Below the pieces are notes generated by a model that worked only from the letters and a program-made list of their open reading frames with translations, searched no databases and was not told the DNA's origin. The position numbers and the translations under genes are program-made. From positions 434,001 to 498,000 of the forward strand of contig BCGN01000008.1 in NCBI GenBank assembly GCA_001599295.1: a DNA stretch of 64,000 nucleotides, written 5' to 3'. This document shows, in pieces, positions 49,315 to 61,733 of this stretch (positions are counted from its first letter, which is position 1; each line of letters begins with the position of its first letter). Source of the stretch: Sporopachydermia quercuum. Taxonomy: Eukaryota.

Positions 49315-50454
49315 TTAATTGCGGAAAAAGTTTCTTCGTTCCTCATTGGCCCCATCATCACTGAGTTCAGAATCATCTTCATCTAATGTATTCATACTAA
49401 CATTGTCTCTGTTGCTAAAAGTTCCTGTTTCATACAAAGACGCATCGTGATATGATTGGCTTGGTCTACGTAATTGCATACTTCTTCTGAGTTGCATACC
49501 TCCAGTAGCATTATCAAGAGGCATTGCTACAAGATCCTTTTGGGAGGTAAGGAAACCTTCAGGATCCTTTCTTGCAATGTTCAGTAAATAGACGCCAGAG
49601 AAAATAATAAGAAAACCACAAATTAAGGAGATAATATCAACAGCTGAAGTAGTGTTGAATCCTCTGAAAAGAATAAAAGAAGCACANAATGTTGCTGTTG
49701 TGAAGGTGACATAGTATAAAGGATTAACAATTGAGGTATCGAATGCATCTAATGCTTTGTTGAAATAGTTCATTTGAGTCATAATACATAGAACAACCAC
49801 AATAATGAACAGATAAGTAGATAAATGAGTGAATTGATTGTTCCCGCTGAGTGTCAATTTCAAAGCAATTCCAAATGCCTTGATAGCCATAACAGAGACC
49901 GATCCAACTGTAGAACAGATTGAGATATATACCATTGGATTTTTTCTACCATAAACTGGTGCAATGCGATAAATCATGGCAAATGCAAAAATGGCAACAG
50001 CAGTAACGTACAGTAAGAAACCTGGTTTAGTTGCGTATGATAAAATTTCATCAACTGTTTCAATCTCCTTATCTGGTGGTGCATGAAGGACAATCAGAAC
50101 GGACCCTAACAAACAAATAGCACAGCCCATTCTTCCCAATGTTCCTAATTCTTCTTTCAATATGATAGCTGCCAAAACAGCTCCAATGATAACACTTAAC
50201 GCTCCTAATGGTGTTACTAAGATTGCTGGAGCAAATGTATATGCAGCAAAATTAGCAACTTCTCCCACAACCATTGTAATCATTCCTGCCCACCAAATAG
50301 GGTTCTTCAAATATTCATAACCATTACCTTCAAATCCTTGCCTATTCGAAGCATCCATTAAACCTTTTTTCGTTATTATAAATGATGTACCAATAGCTAA
50401 AGACGAACTCATTGCAAGAGCAAGTCCAATGTACTTTTCTTCTAGCATACCCAT
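49315..50454 (-). CDS. NIPA-family magnesium transporter
   Basis: KYIGLALAMSSS, YLKNPIWWAG, GEVANFAAYTFAPAILVTPLGALSV, QMNYFNKAL; multiple TM segments. Confidence 0.93.
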   Translation of the reverse strand: MGMLEEKYIGLALAMSSSLAIGTSFIITKKGLMDASNRQGFEGNGYEYLKNPIWWAGMITMVVGEVANFAAYTFAPAILVTPLGALSVIIGAVLAAIILKEELGTLGRMGCAICLLGSVLIVLHAPPDKEIETVDEILSYATKPGFLLYVTAVAIFAFAMIYRIAPVYGRKNPMVYISICSTVGSVSVMAIKAFGIALKLTLSGNNQFTHLSTYLFIIVVVLCIMTQMNYFNKALDAFDTSIVNPLYYVTFTTATXCASFILFRGFNTTSAVDIISLICGFLIIFSGVYLLNIARKDPEGFLTSQKDLVAMPLDNATGGMQLRRSMQLRRPSQSYHDASLYETGTFSNRDNVSMNTLDEDDSELSDDGANEERRNFFRN

Positions 50455-51221
50455 GGTGAATCAACTGCAATTTTAAGCAAAATTTTCTATATTCTTTCTA
50501 GGTCTATTCTTAATGCAACAAATGATTTTCCAAAACCCAACTGCTTCTCTTTCAAAGAGTTCTAGATTTTGTGTTTACTTTTCTTACTGCTATGATATCA
50601 ATTCTTGATTGTGGCATTAACAAAGACTTCTAATAATTGACTCGTAGTAGATCAAATGCTCTGGCAAGGCTGAACACTTTTGTCAGCTAGTCTGATATGT
50701 TTTGAATCTATTATGCAATCAGTACTTCATCACTTGTACAGTAGTCGGTATTTTCTTCTCTGCAGGTTATTTGTTCGATTTTTCCATAAAACTCAACAAC
50801 TAACGTGCATTAGCCTTCTAGCGTTACTTGAACTAGTATTTGCTGTAACAGCTCTTTCTTGGTAATGGACGTGTTCTCACCAGAGAGAGAGACGTGATGT
50901 CTGTGTATAGTTCAAATGAGATGCTGAAAAGAACACTTACTTTCACCAGGAATTATAATCATTGNACCAATAATCATACATTAGAAAGTCTAACAATCCT
51001 CCGTCAGCCAATGTCAAGAAAAAAAGACCCTTTTAGATAATAGTCAATTAGAAAGATATAGTAACCCCCAATTAAATATCTATTTAGCTTTAGGTCTAGT
51101 GATCGAGAGCATAACTCTTTCACATCAAAGCATCTGATAGTATTAGCTTGTTACGTAATCCTTCAGCTAGGTTGAGTATTCCTTTTTAATATCACGTAAT
51201 CATGAAATAATACGCTTCTAC

Positions 51222-51350
51222 CCCCACGAATTTAATTTAAAAGTGATCTTCCCCACACTTTCTCAAGTGAATTTCCTACTAGAAAAAATATATAAATAAT
51301 GTGAGGATCGTTGATAACAGAACCACCAACTTGAGCGTATTGATCTGGGG
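51222..51350. promoter_or_regulatory. Mig1/CreA-type GC boxes and TATA upstream of the polyol dehydrogenase
   Basis: CCCCAC+GAATTT at 51222, CCCCAC at 51251, TATTGAT-CTGGGG at 51345; TATAAA at 51291. Confidence 0.5.
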
Positions 51351-51445
51351 AAGAAATTAGCATTTCCTCCCGCAAATGTTCTATTAAATTGCAACTACAG
51401 ATTGCACACTACTCATGCAGCATACAACTCTTAACACATATCAGG

Positions 51446-52585
51446 ATGTCTACTACATTCGTTAAATCATCGAAACTAACATCCATCCACGAAATTGAGG
51501 TGGAANATGTAGAATTATCAGCACCAGGTCCTACAGAACTACAAGTTAGGGTTCATGCAACTACTTTGTGTGGCTCAGACTTACATTATTTCAATCATTT
51601 TGCTAACGGTGATTTCAAAGTAAGAGAACCCTTGACTTTGGGACATGAATCTTCAGGTGAGGTGATAGGAATTGGATCTGAAGTAACTGGATATGAGATT
51701 GGGGACAGAGTTGCCCTAGAAGTTGGCATTCCTTGCAAATCATGCTCAAATTGCTTACAAGGAAAATATAATCTTTGTACTTCCCTCAAATTTAGATCCT
51801 CAGCTAAGATTTTCCCACATTACCAGGGAACTCTTCAGTATGTTTTAAACCATGAAGCTCAATGGTGTTTCAAATTACCAAAGAATGTAACATATCTCCA
51901 AGGTGCTTTAGTTGAGCCTCTTGCGGTTGCCATTCATGCGAGTGATCGGTCTGGTGTTCAAACAGGAGATTCCGTTTTGATTTTAGGAGCAGGAGCTGTT
52001 GGGTTGTTTTGTGGTGCAATGGCTAAAGTATGTGGAGCAGGTAATGTCATAATAGCTGATATCGTAGAAGCCAGGGTAAAATTTGCCATTGAAAATGGGT
52101 TTTCTGATCAAGGTTATACGATTAAATTGCCTGCAGCTGAAGTCGTTAAAGAAAAGGACTCATGGATGACTGAAGCTAAACAGAATGCTGATTCAGCTAT
52201 TGCTCTAAACAACAACTCTCAATTTGACCTTTGTTACGAATGTACAGGTTTCCCATCTTCTGTTCAGACGTGTATTTACTCTACTAGGCCTTCTGGATCT
52301 GTTATGTTGGTTGGTATGGGTATCCCAGTTGCTACTTTGCATTTGGCAGCTGCGGCCTTGCGAGAAGTTGATATTAAAGGTGTTTTTAGATATGCAAATT
52401 GCTATGAAAGGGCTATCAAAATGATTTCTGCTGGGGTCTTGAAAAGGGCGTTGAATGGTGGTGATATTGAAAAAGTAGTAACTCATAAAATCCAAGGAAT
52501 TGAAAACACATTAGAAGGTTTTGAAATCGCTAGTGGTCGAAGGAAGGTTGATAATTTGGTCGTTAAGGTTGCTATAGAGTTTTAG
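51446..52585 (+). CDS. Zn-dependent MDR polyol dehydrogenase (sorbitol/xylitol/L-arabinitol dehydrogenase family)
   Basis: LCGSDLHY, LGHESSG, structural Zn CxxCxxC-x7-C, GALVEPLAVA, GAGAVG, REVDIKGVFRY; first ATG at 51446. Confidence 0.9.
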   Translation: MSTTFVKSSKLTSIHEIEVEXVELSAPGPTELQVRVHATTLCGSDLHYFNHFANGDFKVREPLTLGHESSGEVIGIGSEVTGYEIGDRVALEVGIPCKSCSNCLQGKYNLCTSLKFRSSAKIFPHYQGTLQYVLNHEAQWCFKLPKNVTYLQGALVEPLAVAIHASDRSGVQTGDSVLILGAGAVGLFCGAMAKVCGAGNVIIADIVEARVKFAIENGFSDQGYTIKLPAAEVVKEKDSWMTEAKQNADSAIALNNNSQFDLCYECTGFPSSVQTCIYSTRPSGSVMLVGMGIPVATLHLAAAALREVDIKGVFRYANCYERAIKMISAGVLKRALNGGDIEKVVTHKIQGIENTLEGFEIASGRRKVDNLVVKVAIEF

Positions 52586-53559
52586 ACATAACATGAGTTA
52601 CTAACAAGAATAACATCAATGGTTTTAGTATTTTGTAGGTTCAGTGTCAAGTTAATATCCTTACCTTGAATTTTTAAGGCGTTGAGTCTTCTTGATCTCC
52701 ATTCACAACAGAAGAAATCCTATCCAATTAATACTATCAATGAAAACGACGTTCTTACTCAATGCTTCCTTACCTTGTCTATTTGACCTTCAGTCCTGTT
52801 GAGTAAACTCCAAAGCAAATGGAATCTGGTAGTTTCAAGTATATTAACAATTATCTTGTTATAATCATCAATAGATTTGAGTTTTGCTGTTACCTTTGCT
52901 TCTTTATTTATTATTTTTAATTATTTTTTCTTTCTTTTTATATTCGATGGTATCATGTATAACTCTATCACATGTTAATGAGCAGTACAAGTAAATTAAG
53001 TTCACAACTATGAAAACTCGCAACAGTTTCTTCAAGAAAAGCTAACCGAANAATCTACTTAGTCTGTTATAATATTATTTTATTTAATTATTTTTCTCTT
53101 ATTCATTCTATTGTTCTTATCAATCAGAGATCAATTATTCACCAGATTCTTTTCTACAAACTTCATTATACTCCAGTTAAGGCACATTACATTATTACCC
53201 CTTTCAGTAATTCATCGTTACTGCAGAGGAGAGGCGAATTGCACTTTGTAAACGACCCAGTTCCAACACATTTATCTCATGGTCCTCATTTATTAGCTTA
53301 GTACCAAAATAAAACGTAGCTATAATTGCAACAGCAGAATTTGAGATAAAGTATTTGATTGGATATATTTCGAATTCTCAATAATATATTATCTTATTGA
53401 AGGTCACCGATACCCACAGGGATTTCTTTCACCTATAATTACCATACAGCATTTGCTTTGCACCCTAAGCTAAATCGCAGATTGCAATTGAAATCTGTTA
53501 AGCAATCACAAGCATCTTATTATTTTGGACTCATATCAGGATTCATAGTTTGAGTCATA

Positions 53560-54219
53560 ATGAGTCTATGGAGCCAGCCAAAAGATTCCAGGACGGAAAG
53601 TGCTTTGGCATCTTCTTTGAATGATCCAGTAAATGACACTCGACTTGATAATAGGGAAGTGTTTTCACCCAAATTATGCGCCTCAGAAACTGCGCTAAGA
53701 CAGTTTCTTACTCAATCCCGAGGTATTACAGATGATCAAGTAAGATTGCGGCTGAGCAGTTTACTGAAGGATCACTCACAAATTGCATATAAGAGAGAAG
53801 ACTATGATTATAAACGACCATCAATAAACATTGATGATGAGCAAGAGCACTGTCAAAGATTTGTTGAATCATTCTTGTTTCCAGCCTGGAAACTGAGGAA
53901 AGATTTGTTACATTATTGTGAAGGATGGATCAATAAAGAGATTGAAAGTAATTCAAAGGATACGACTAACGTTACACCAGAAACACCAACAGAAGCAGAT
54001 CTGAACTATAAGTTGAATCCCAAAATTAATCCCTATGCATTTGAACAGAGCGTCAAATCGACCGATTCTTATAGTGGATTACAGAAATGTATCAGTAATG
54101 AATTAATGATCGAAGGAATAGTTAGGGATTCCAGTATTTCAGTACTGAAGCAACGATGTAGTAATAGAGACTGGAAAATAATATGGGAAACATGGGTTAA
54201 TAGCCGTGAATCAAAATAA
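53560..54219 (+). CDS. MIX23: Mitochondrial intermembrane-space protein Mix23/Cid2 (CCDC58-like)
   Basis: LC...LRQFL..SR..TDD, C..F....LFPAW..R..LL.YC, INPYA, E..IE.IVR..S..VL..RC. Confidence 0.82.
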   Translation: MSLWSQPKDSRTESALASSLNDPVNDTRLDNREVFSPKLCASETALRQFLTQSRGITDDQVRLRLSSLLKDHSQIAYKREDYDYKRPSINIDDEQEHCQRFVESFLFPAWKLRKDLLHYCEGWINKEIESNSKDTTNVTPETPTEADLNYKLNPKINPYAFEQSVKSTDSYSGLQKCISNELMIEGIVRDSSISVLKQRCSNRDWKIIWETWVNSRESK

Positions 54220-54711
54220 TGAGATTGAAAGATAAATGAGTAGTTGGTACTGCGTTTAGAATAGTAAGTTAATCCTCTCAATGACTGTTGAATGGATTAA
54301 CAAACGAAGATCAACTGAAGTCCATCACTAGTACCACCTTTTTCAAAGCGTAATAATTTTCTTTAGTCTACAATTAATGAATAACTTAACTTGTATATAC
54401 ATATAGTGAGAAATCAATTTGTTTTACTAAATCATCAACTTGCTGTTTCACAACCTCACTATTAATCCACACTTACTAATAATCATTTATATTTATTTTA
54501 CACATCCAACTATTCTATGCTTTTCAATTATTTATGATCATTTTTATTCATTTCCACCATCATATATATATATATTCAAACCAATTTTTGTCCCAACCAT
54601 TCTAACAAAACATAAAACTAAATCTAAAAACAAACTAAAACACCAACTAATATTCATCAAACACTTTATATCATATTTATAGCAAATGGCAGTCAAATTT
54701 CCATCTAAAAC

Positions 54712-56229
54712 CTACCAATGATGGATAACCTTCTCTGATCCATTGACCCATCTACCAGCAAGACCAACGTTATCACCACTCTCACTGCCTTTTTCATTTT
54801 CCTTCCTTTTCTTATTGATACTATCAAAAGTATCTGGTACATGACGTTTGCTAGCTGATGATCCAACACCAACATCACATAATAACCTACGGCCCCAGTT
54901 ACCAGCAGCTACATCTCCCGTTTCGTCTCTTGCTTGCTTCAAAAATGGAATCAAAGATGTGCCCCCTGTACCTTTAGTACCTGATTTAGCCTTGGCCAAC
55001 CCTGATTTCTTGGTCTCACTCTTATTTGTTGTTTCAGCATCATCTCCATTTGCAAGGTCCGTCTTCTTTCTAGCTTGAATGACTATATACTGAGAGACAA
55101 TACGAAGATGTTGATTTCTGAAAGAACGCAACATAGCTAAACAAGCGTCATAACTCAAGACTAATTCAGGGTTTGATTCTTTATGCTTCATGACAAAATT
55201 TCTAATTTCAGCAACCTGAGTTAAATGAATTAAGAAGTCTCTATGCTCACCAGGCATGTATTTCCTCATTTCGTCAATAAAGTTGTGGGATTTCGATTTT
55301 TTGATACTAATTGGTTGCGTTTTATCAGCCTTTGGTTCTTGTGTATGATCAGGATTTCTGGGTCTTTCACCAGTCGGATGATGTTCGACATTTAGAATAA
55401 TGTCTAATGCTTGAATCAAAGATGATTGAGCATTAGAACCGCCAGCATAACTTCTATATTCTGTTTCATTACCGTATCTAACACCGTTTGGCAATCCAGC
55501 TTCTGCCATGTTTTTCCAACCTGCTAAAAAAGGTCTAATTCTGAAATAAAACACATGGGGATCACAGTTTTCTGTCATTCTTCCAAGAATTGTAATTAAC
55601 CCGTCAATTGATTCAGCTAATCTTTGTAGATTCTCGACCACAGAAGGTACATCGTCATCTCTAACAGCCTGAATAGCTTTCAATCCATAATCTAGACATT
55701 TGGCTCCTACTCTCTCAAAGCATGTTGATACTAGGTAAAACCAACTTTCATCGATAGAACCAGTGAATGTATTTAAAGTAGCTAGTGATTCTAAGTCCCA
55801 GTCATCGGGAGAATCACTAGGCATGATAGTGGTAAAGTTCCAAAGACATAAACCTGCATATGTAGCAATTGGTGGCAGTCTCAACTTTTCTGATAACTTA
55901 ATCCAAGGAGTTGCTAATTGTTCTGGTAAAATGTCAATTGGATTATCACCATCACACCATATGTATCCATGCCCCAAAAAACCTAGTATAGAATACGCTC
56001 TTCTTTGTTCACCGACAGTCTTTAATCTATCAATGGTTAACAACTCAAGTTTCCTATCAACAAATTGTCTCAATTTTTTAGTGAGAATTAATGCTGGCAA
56101 GTTCCCAACTAATGATTCCCATGGTTCATAGTAAGGATCAGTCAGTCGTTTAACAGGTAATTCTGATGGTAAGAATCCTGATGTAGGGAAGATAGAATAA
56201 TCTTCCAGTCTGGGAATTTCAGCTTTCAT
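54712..56229 (-). CDS. BNA2: Indoleamine 2,3-dioxygenase
   Basis: LPPIATYAGLCLWN, TFTGSIDESWFYLVS, FYFRIRPFLAGW, YAGGSNAQSSLIQ, MRKYMP, FRNQH, GTGGTSLIPFLKQ. Confidence 0.95.
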   Translation of the reverse strand: MKAEIPRLEDYSIFPTSGFLPSELPVKRLTDPYYEPWESLVGNLPALILTKKLRQFVDRKLELLTIDRLKTVGEQRRAYSILGFLGHGYIWCDGDNPIDILPEQLATPWIKLSEKLRLPPIATYAGLCLWNFTTIMPSDSPDDWDLESLATLNTFTGSIDESWFYLVSTCFERVGAKCLDYGLKAIQAVRDDDVPSVVENLQRLAESIDGLITILGRMTENCDPHVFYFRIRPFLAGWKNMAEAGLPNGVRYGNETEYRSYAGGSNAQSSLIQALDIILNVEHHPTGERPRNPDHTQEPKADKTQPISIKKSKSHNFIDEMRKYMPGEHRDFLIHLTQVAEIRNFVMKHKESNPELVLSYDACLAMLRSFRNQHLRIVSQYIVIQARKKTDLANGDDAETTNKSETKKSGLAKAKSGTKGTGGTSLIPFLKQARDETGDVAAGNWGRRLLCDVGVGSSASKRHVPDTFDSINKKRKENEKGSESGDNVGLAGRWVNGSEKVIHHW

Positions 56230-57365
56230 CGTGAATTCAAATATTTGATATGTTGCGTTGTACTACCTCCTGTTTCTGATCTACTTTACAATAAGCACAC
56301 TGCAGAATGGATGTTCGGTAAGTAACAAAACTGAGGGGTGAATTCAAATACAATCACAAGAAGTTCTCCGCTTTTCAAAGATAATAAGAAACATAGACAA
56401 CAGTTCTAATCACGAAAGAGAAAGCAAGATGAATCCATATCTCCAGGCGTATGTACTATTTATGNTTTGCACTTGTTGACAAACAACTAGAAAGAATAAT
56501 GCATTAATTACTGATGTAACTTTGTGTTACTTTGAATGAAAAAATTGAATTCCTCAAAACAATTAGTAAACAAACAAGGTTTGAANTTATTAAGTTAAAA
56601 TATCCTAGTGTGGTAATAGATCACTCAAGAATTAAATCAGGCAATATAAATTAATTACATGTTCATATATAAGGAGCAATAAAGTTAGAAAGAAATAGGT
56701 CTAGAGATTGCAAGTGATATATATGTATTGCAACTGAGAAGGTCTAAAGTAGCTTCTTATCACGATGACATTTGAAAGATGAAGAGTCATGTTCCGTTTT
56801 ATTTAGAATTAGAAAGTACTACAGGAATTATGAAGGTTTTGAGATGAAATGCAACCCAAAATGTGAGTCCCAATTTAAAGTTCATTATTTGTATTTAGGG
56901 GATTTGATTGGAATCCAATAGAATGCAGTAGGTGCTTGAATTTTTTATTGTTGAAACTGGAAACTTCCTGATAGCCGAAAAAAAGCGTGGGGGAGATCAT
57001 GTGACTTAGTACAGCTCTATCAGATTCTGGCATGTAAGATATGCGTGCGAGATCGTATGAACTGTAATCGTACTGAGAGAGACGATAAAGGATGTTCAAC
57101 CTGGAGTAACGAAATATTCGTAATTGCGAACAATTTTCGCACTTCATTATAAAATCATAATCTAAATCAAATCTGATTGAATATCTCAGAGATTAAAAAC
57201 TGTATATGACTAACCCTCCTTTTCCTTTCCTTTTCTCATGGAATATTGTTGATTAAAAAGAAACACTGTGGGTCCGAACCAAATCGTCAAAAACCAATTG
57301 CAATAACAAAAGAGGCAACTTTCATCTGTAGGTCGAGATCTCTCAATACTCCATTACGAAAACGA

Positions 57366-58313
57366 TCAAATGTATTTACCGGATTTTGTATCTCCGAGCA
57401 AAGAAGAAGCTTCTGTCACCACATCGACTTGTGAAACCTGCTCGCTTGATGCTATACCAATAATAGGTGCTAATTTAATCGGAACTTCAGGTGCACCAAC
57501 GATGAAGTAATAGGCGTATATTATGAATGACTTATCACTATTTCTTTCTGGTTTGATATAGTCATAATAATAATACTGAAATATCACAGCTGAATCACAG
57601 AACATAGACCCAATACAGGAAATTATGAAAGCACTTTGTTGTTTATAATAGGTCCAGTCAGTGCTGCCATCATCGTTTAATCTGTCTCTAGAAGTCAGGA
57701 TTGATAAAACATATGTCAATTCTCCCAAAAAACAAAAGATGAACATAACTTTTGAAACACCTTTTGTCGACTGGTTCTTCATGTCTTCAAAAATCTGAGG
57801 AAATCTAGAGGAGAAGTAATATAGCACGGATAACCAGCCTAATATTTGACCTGCAACATTAGCTGCATTACTAGATAACACAGTGAAAGAGTCATCGCTA
57901 TTGCTTATAGGTGCACCAGCAGTAAATGGTACAAACCATGTGATGATTTCGAAAATAATGACCCACACGCGCAGTTTGAAGCTGGGACGGTTGAAGTTAT
58001 AGTCCGTTGTTTTGATTTCCGAGGCACCGTCATAATAAAAAATTTGAGCGAGCATTATTAAATCCATGAATGTATAGTATAAAGCAAGTCCTTTCTGAAA
58101 CAAGAATCTTTTCAATAATATACATGCTGCAAAATTGGCTAAATCACCAATAATCCACTGGAATACAAATTTCTTGCTCAAACCATTGGTTGATTGATTC
58201 CTGTGGTTCTCATAAACTTGAAAAGAACAAGCAAATAACCAGATAGTTACCGACACCAGGGCAAAGGTGTCTTCTGCTGAGATCGTCTTATACATGACAG
58301 TTTGTTGATCCAT
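57366..58313 (-). CDS. PQ-loop vacuolar amino acid transporter (Ypq/PQLC2-like)
   Basis: STNGLS...WIIGDLAN in repeat 1; SRFPQIFE...STKGVS in repeat 2; about seven hydrophobic segments. Confidence 0.85.
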   Translation of the reverse strand: MDQQTVMYKTISAEDTFALVSVTIWLFACSFQVYENHRNQSTNGLSKKFVFQWIIGDLANFAACILLKRFLFQKGLALYYTFMDLIMLAQIFYYDGASEIKTTDYNFNRPSFKLRVWVIIFEIITWFVPFTAGAPISNSDDSFTVLSSNAANVAGQILGWLSVLYYFSSRFPQIFEDMKNQSTKGVSKVMFIFCFLGELTYVLSILTSRDRLNDDGSTDWTYYKQQSAFIISCIGSMFCDSAVIFQYYYYDYIKPERNSDKSFIIYAYYFIVGAPEVPIKLAPIIGIASSEQVSQVDVVTEASSLLGDTKSGKYI

Positions 58314-59819
58314 TGACTTTGATTGAAAAAACGGTTAACTGTTCTTACAGTTATTATACAAGCTTACGATTATATATTCTATGTTCTATAATCTAGCACA
58401 GCAGCTTCAAAATTTCAAAACCCCTACTCAATTGTTGTTTATATTGTAGTTTTCTATCTTATTATAATGACTTCGTTATCAAGTAACCACTCAAAATAAC
58501 AGCCTCTTATCAAATGCCGTTAACATATACCGAGATCATTCATTAAGAATCTTCTGCTCGAATCTCCTTAGCAATACCTTTTAATACAATATGATTAGCA
58601 AATGTAGTACTTTCAGATAACTCTAGGACAACAAGACAAAAAGCCAAAAGAAAAGAAAAAAGTTCCGAGAAAGCAAGGTCAAACCATATCTTTATAAATC
58701 AATGAAGAAGTGCCTTTTTCTGTTCTTGTTGACTTTATCTTTACTGCGCTATTGCTAGTTGAAAGGACAAGCCATCCCGGTTTTAAGAATAATGATTAGC
58801 AGAACTCCCCAAATAGGATAACTGATGCGGAAGGAAACATATTCAATCATAGTTCGAGTGCACCTGCATAATTGTGCTTGGATACCCTTCATAGCTAGNA
58901 ACAGCCCACCTCACTCCAATATCTGTGTGCAATATTGTGCTATGTGGTTTGAAAGGAGACGCGAAGTTATTGAAAGCAAGTTCGTACTGACTGGTATGCC
59001 AGTATTCGACGCCTTTGTTCTAGAGATATGAAAGAGATTATTGGGTGGATACGGCAGTGATAACTAATTGTAAAATCATAAATCATTGTAAGTACAGATT
59101 GATTTTTCCATGTAATCGCTTATTCAAGTCAGTAAGTAAGCATCAGAGTCTGGATGGATACTGCATATTATACCTTGTTAACACATATCCACGTAATGTA
59201 AATATTTCAATGTTTCTTGAATGCATCTAAATGTATACTAAACATAAATATATGCCTGTTTAATCAACAATAAGATAAGCCACCGGNCCTTATCGTTCGA
59301 TATCCCTGATTTCAATCTGTTAAGTTAGAATGATCTTTCTTTTCCATACTACTAGGATATCCCATCCTATCGTATTTTCATTTGCATAAATCTAAGTCAA
59401 AATTAATTACCAATTTAGGCGAATAATGTTTCATTTACTTATTTTTGTATGTTCCTTTCTCTATACATAAATAAATATAATTAATGCACATAAACATATT
59501 CTCCAGATTATGTCGCAATTGCAGTAATAGCAAACTTGGATTCTTTTCTAAATCATTTTTTGCTCATATACACGTAGTGTTAGTTCATTTGCTGAATTAC
59601 TTACTATATACTAGATAGATGCCTTCTATCGAATTGTGCTAACTTGTTGATAGAAAAAGTTGTATTGATTTCTTACTTCATCTCATTTTGTTTTTATTGA
59701 TCTGCTGGTTCGGAACATCTAATTGGTTAAAGATAGCTTTCGTGCTATGACTATAGACCTCATATTTTTTATGATTCTTACGAATGATTTCATGAACATC
59801 AAAAATATATTCCCTCATA

Positions 59820-61733
59820 ATGACGAATACTGACAACCATTCAGAAGTTCAAAGGACAAAAAAATATGACCGACAGTTACGACTATGGGCAAAATCGGGG
59901 CAAAATAATTTAGAGAATTCTCACGTACTGGTATTAGGTTGCACAGCAACTAGTACAGAGGTATTGAAGAATCTAGTACTACCAGGAATAGGACAATTCA
60001 CAATTGTTGACAATGAAATTGTCAATGAAGAAACACTGGCCAACAATTTTTTTATTCAAGATGCTGAATTAGGCCTATCTCTGTCTCATGTTGTATGTGA
60101 TCATCTAGTAGAAATGAATAGAGATGTCATTGGAACTTTTAACAACTCATCAGTGGAGNAATTCGTTGAAAATCAAACAGTTGAATCATGGAAAAAGTAT
60201 ACCATTATTATTGCATCGGCCATTCAACCAGATATTCTACAAGGTATAACAGAAACAGTCTTTGATTTATGTATACCTATTATTGATATAAATGCCATTG
60301 GATTCTATGGATCAATACGGATTATATTGAAACAACATGAAATCATTCAAACACATCCTGAATCCCTAGTTGAATTACGGATTGATACTCCATGGAAAGA
60401 GTTGGAAGATTTTATAGATCAGAATTACTCATATTTTGATGCTATGGATTCAAGGCAACACTCAAATATTCCTTATGTTGTAATTTTGTTGAAATCTCTT
60501 CATGATTGGAAAACAACACATCATGGGCAAGCACCAAAGACCATTAAAGAAAAAAATGAATTTAGATCTGATGTTGAATCTTTGCAAAAGAACTATACAG
60601 AGGTGAATTTTGCTGAAGCTGTTTCTAATGCTTTTAGAGCGTTTCAAGTTACGAAAATACCAGAAACTCTACAATCGATTCTCAACTCTTCTTCAGTGAA
60701 TGAACTGATTCAATTCGATGAATTGATAAGTAGTTATTCGGATAACTCTTCCGTCAAAAATCAATCTGATTCAACACTCAGTTCTCTCTCTATTTCGCAA
60801 ATTCATTCGTACAAGTTCTGGGTTCTCGTACGCACTTTAAAGTACTTTATAGCTCATCCAGAATCTAATCATCTCTATCCTTTATCAGGGGTAATGCCAG
60901 ATATGGCATCTGATACCAACAGCTATATATCACTACAGAACGTTTACCGGGAAAAGGCACTACAGGATATCAAATTATTTGAAGAGGAGTTAGAAATTGT
61001 GTTAAAGGAATTGAACGCCCCAGATGATCTGATCTCTAAAGATGAAATTGAAGTATTCTGTAAGAACTCCAAGTATATCAAAGTTCAGAAAGGATCAGCA
61101 AACTTTCATTCGAATGATTTATTCAGTGACATTGAAACGGACAACAACTTGGGAGCTATTTACTTATCTATGCATGTTTATAAGTTATTTTCACAGACCA
61201 GCTCTGGCAAGATTCCAACTAATACAATTGATGATAAAGAGTCCTTACTACAACTAAGTAGTGGTATACTCAGATCATATAACAAAAGTGTACCTGGATA
61301 TTTAGGAAAAATTCTTGATGAAGTGTATGTTAAAGTTGTCATCAAAAGTGCTTGTGCGTTGTATTGTTTATCAATATTATTAGGTATTATAAAATACTAA
61401 CCAAGTATCTTACTTTGTGTCTAGAATCCGGTCACANGGAGTTGAACTTCATAATATAGCAGCTTTTNTGGGAGGCATTGGAGGTCAAGAGGCTGTAAAA
61501 GTATGTTTTAATTTTCTTAATTTCACATTTGGACTTTTTACATATTATTTTTTCTAATTTGATGGATATTTGAAGTTAATCCTATAGCTTTAGCTTGGTT
61601 AAATTTGAATGAACAGAGCAATAAACTAACAAACTCGACTATTTTCTAGTTACTCACTAAGCAATACGTTCCTTTGAATAACGTACTTGTCTTTGATGGT
61701 ATTGCTAGTACGAGTGCCAAATGGAAGATTTGA
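59820..61733 (+). CDS. ULA1: NEDD8/Rub1-activating enzyme regulatory subunit; exons 59820-61324, 61425-61500, 61650-61733
   Basis: KKYDRQLRLW, TEVLKNLVLPGIG, HSNIPYV, PLSGVMPDM; splicing restores the conserved ELHNIAAF.GGIGGQEAVK|LLTKQYVPLNN...FDG C-terminus. Introns GTATGT(61325)..TAG(61424) and GTATGT(61501)..TAG(61649). Confidence 0.92.

Noticed and set aside
58825..59230. Two short tandem ORFs in the PQ-loop/ULA1 intergenic region
   Set aside because: No family motifs or splice signals that join them.
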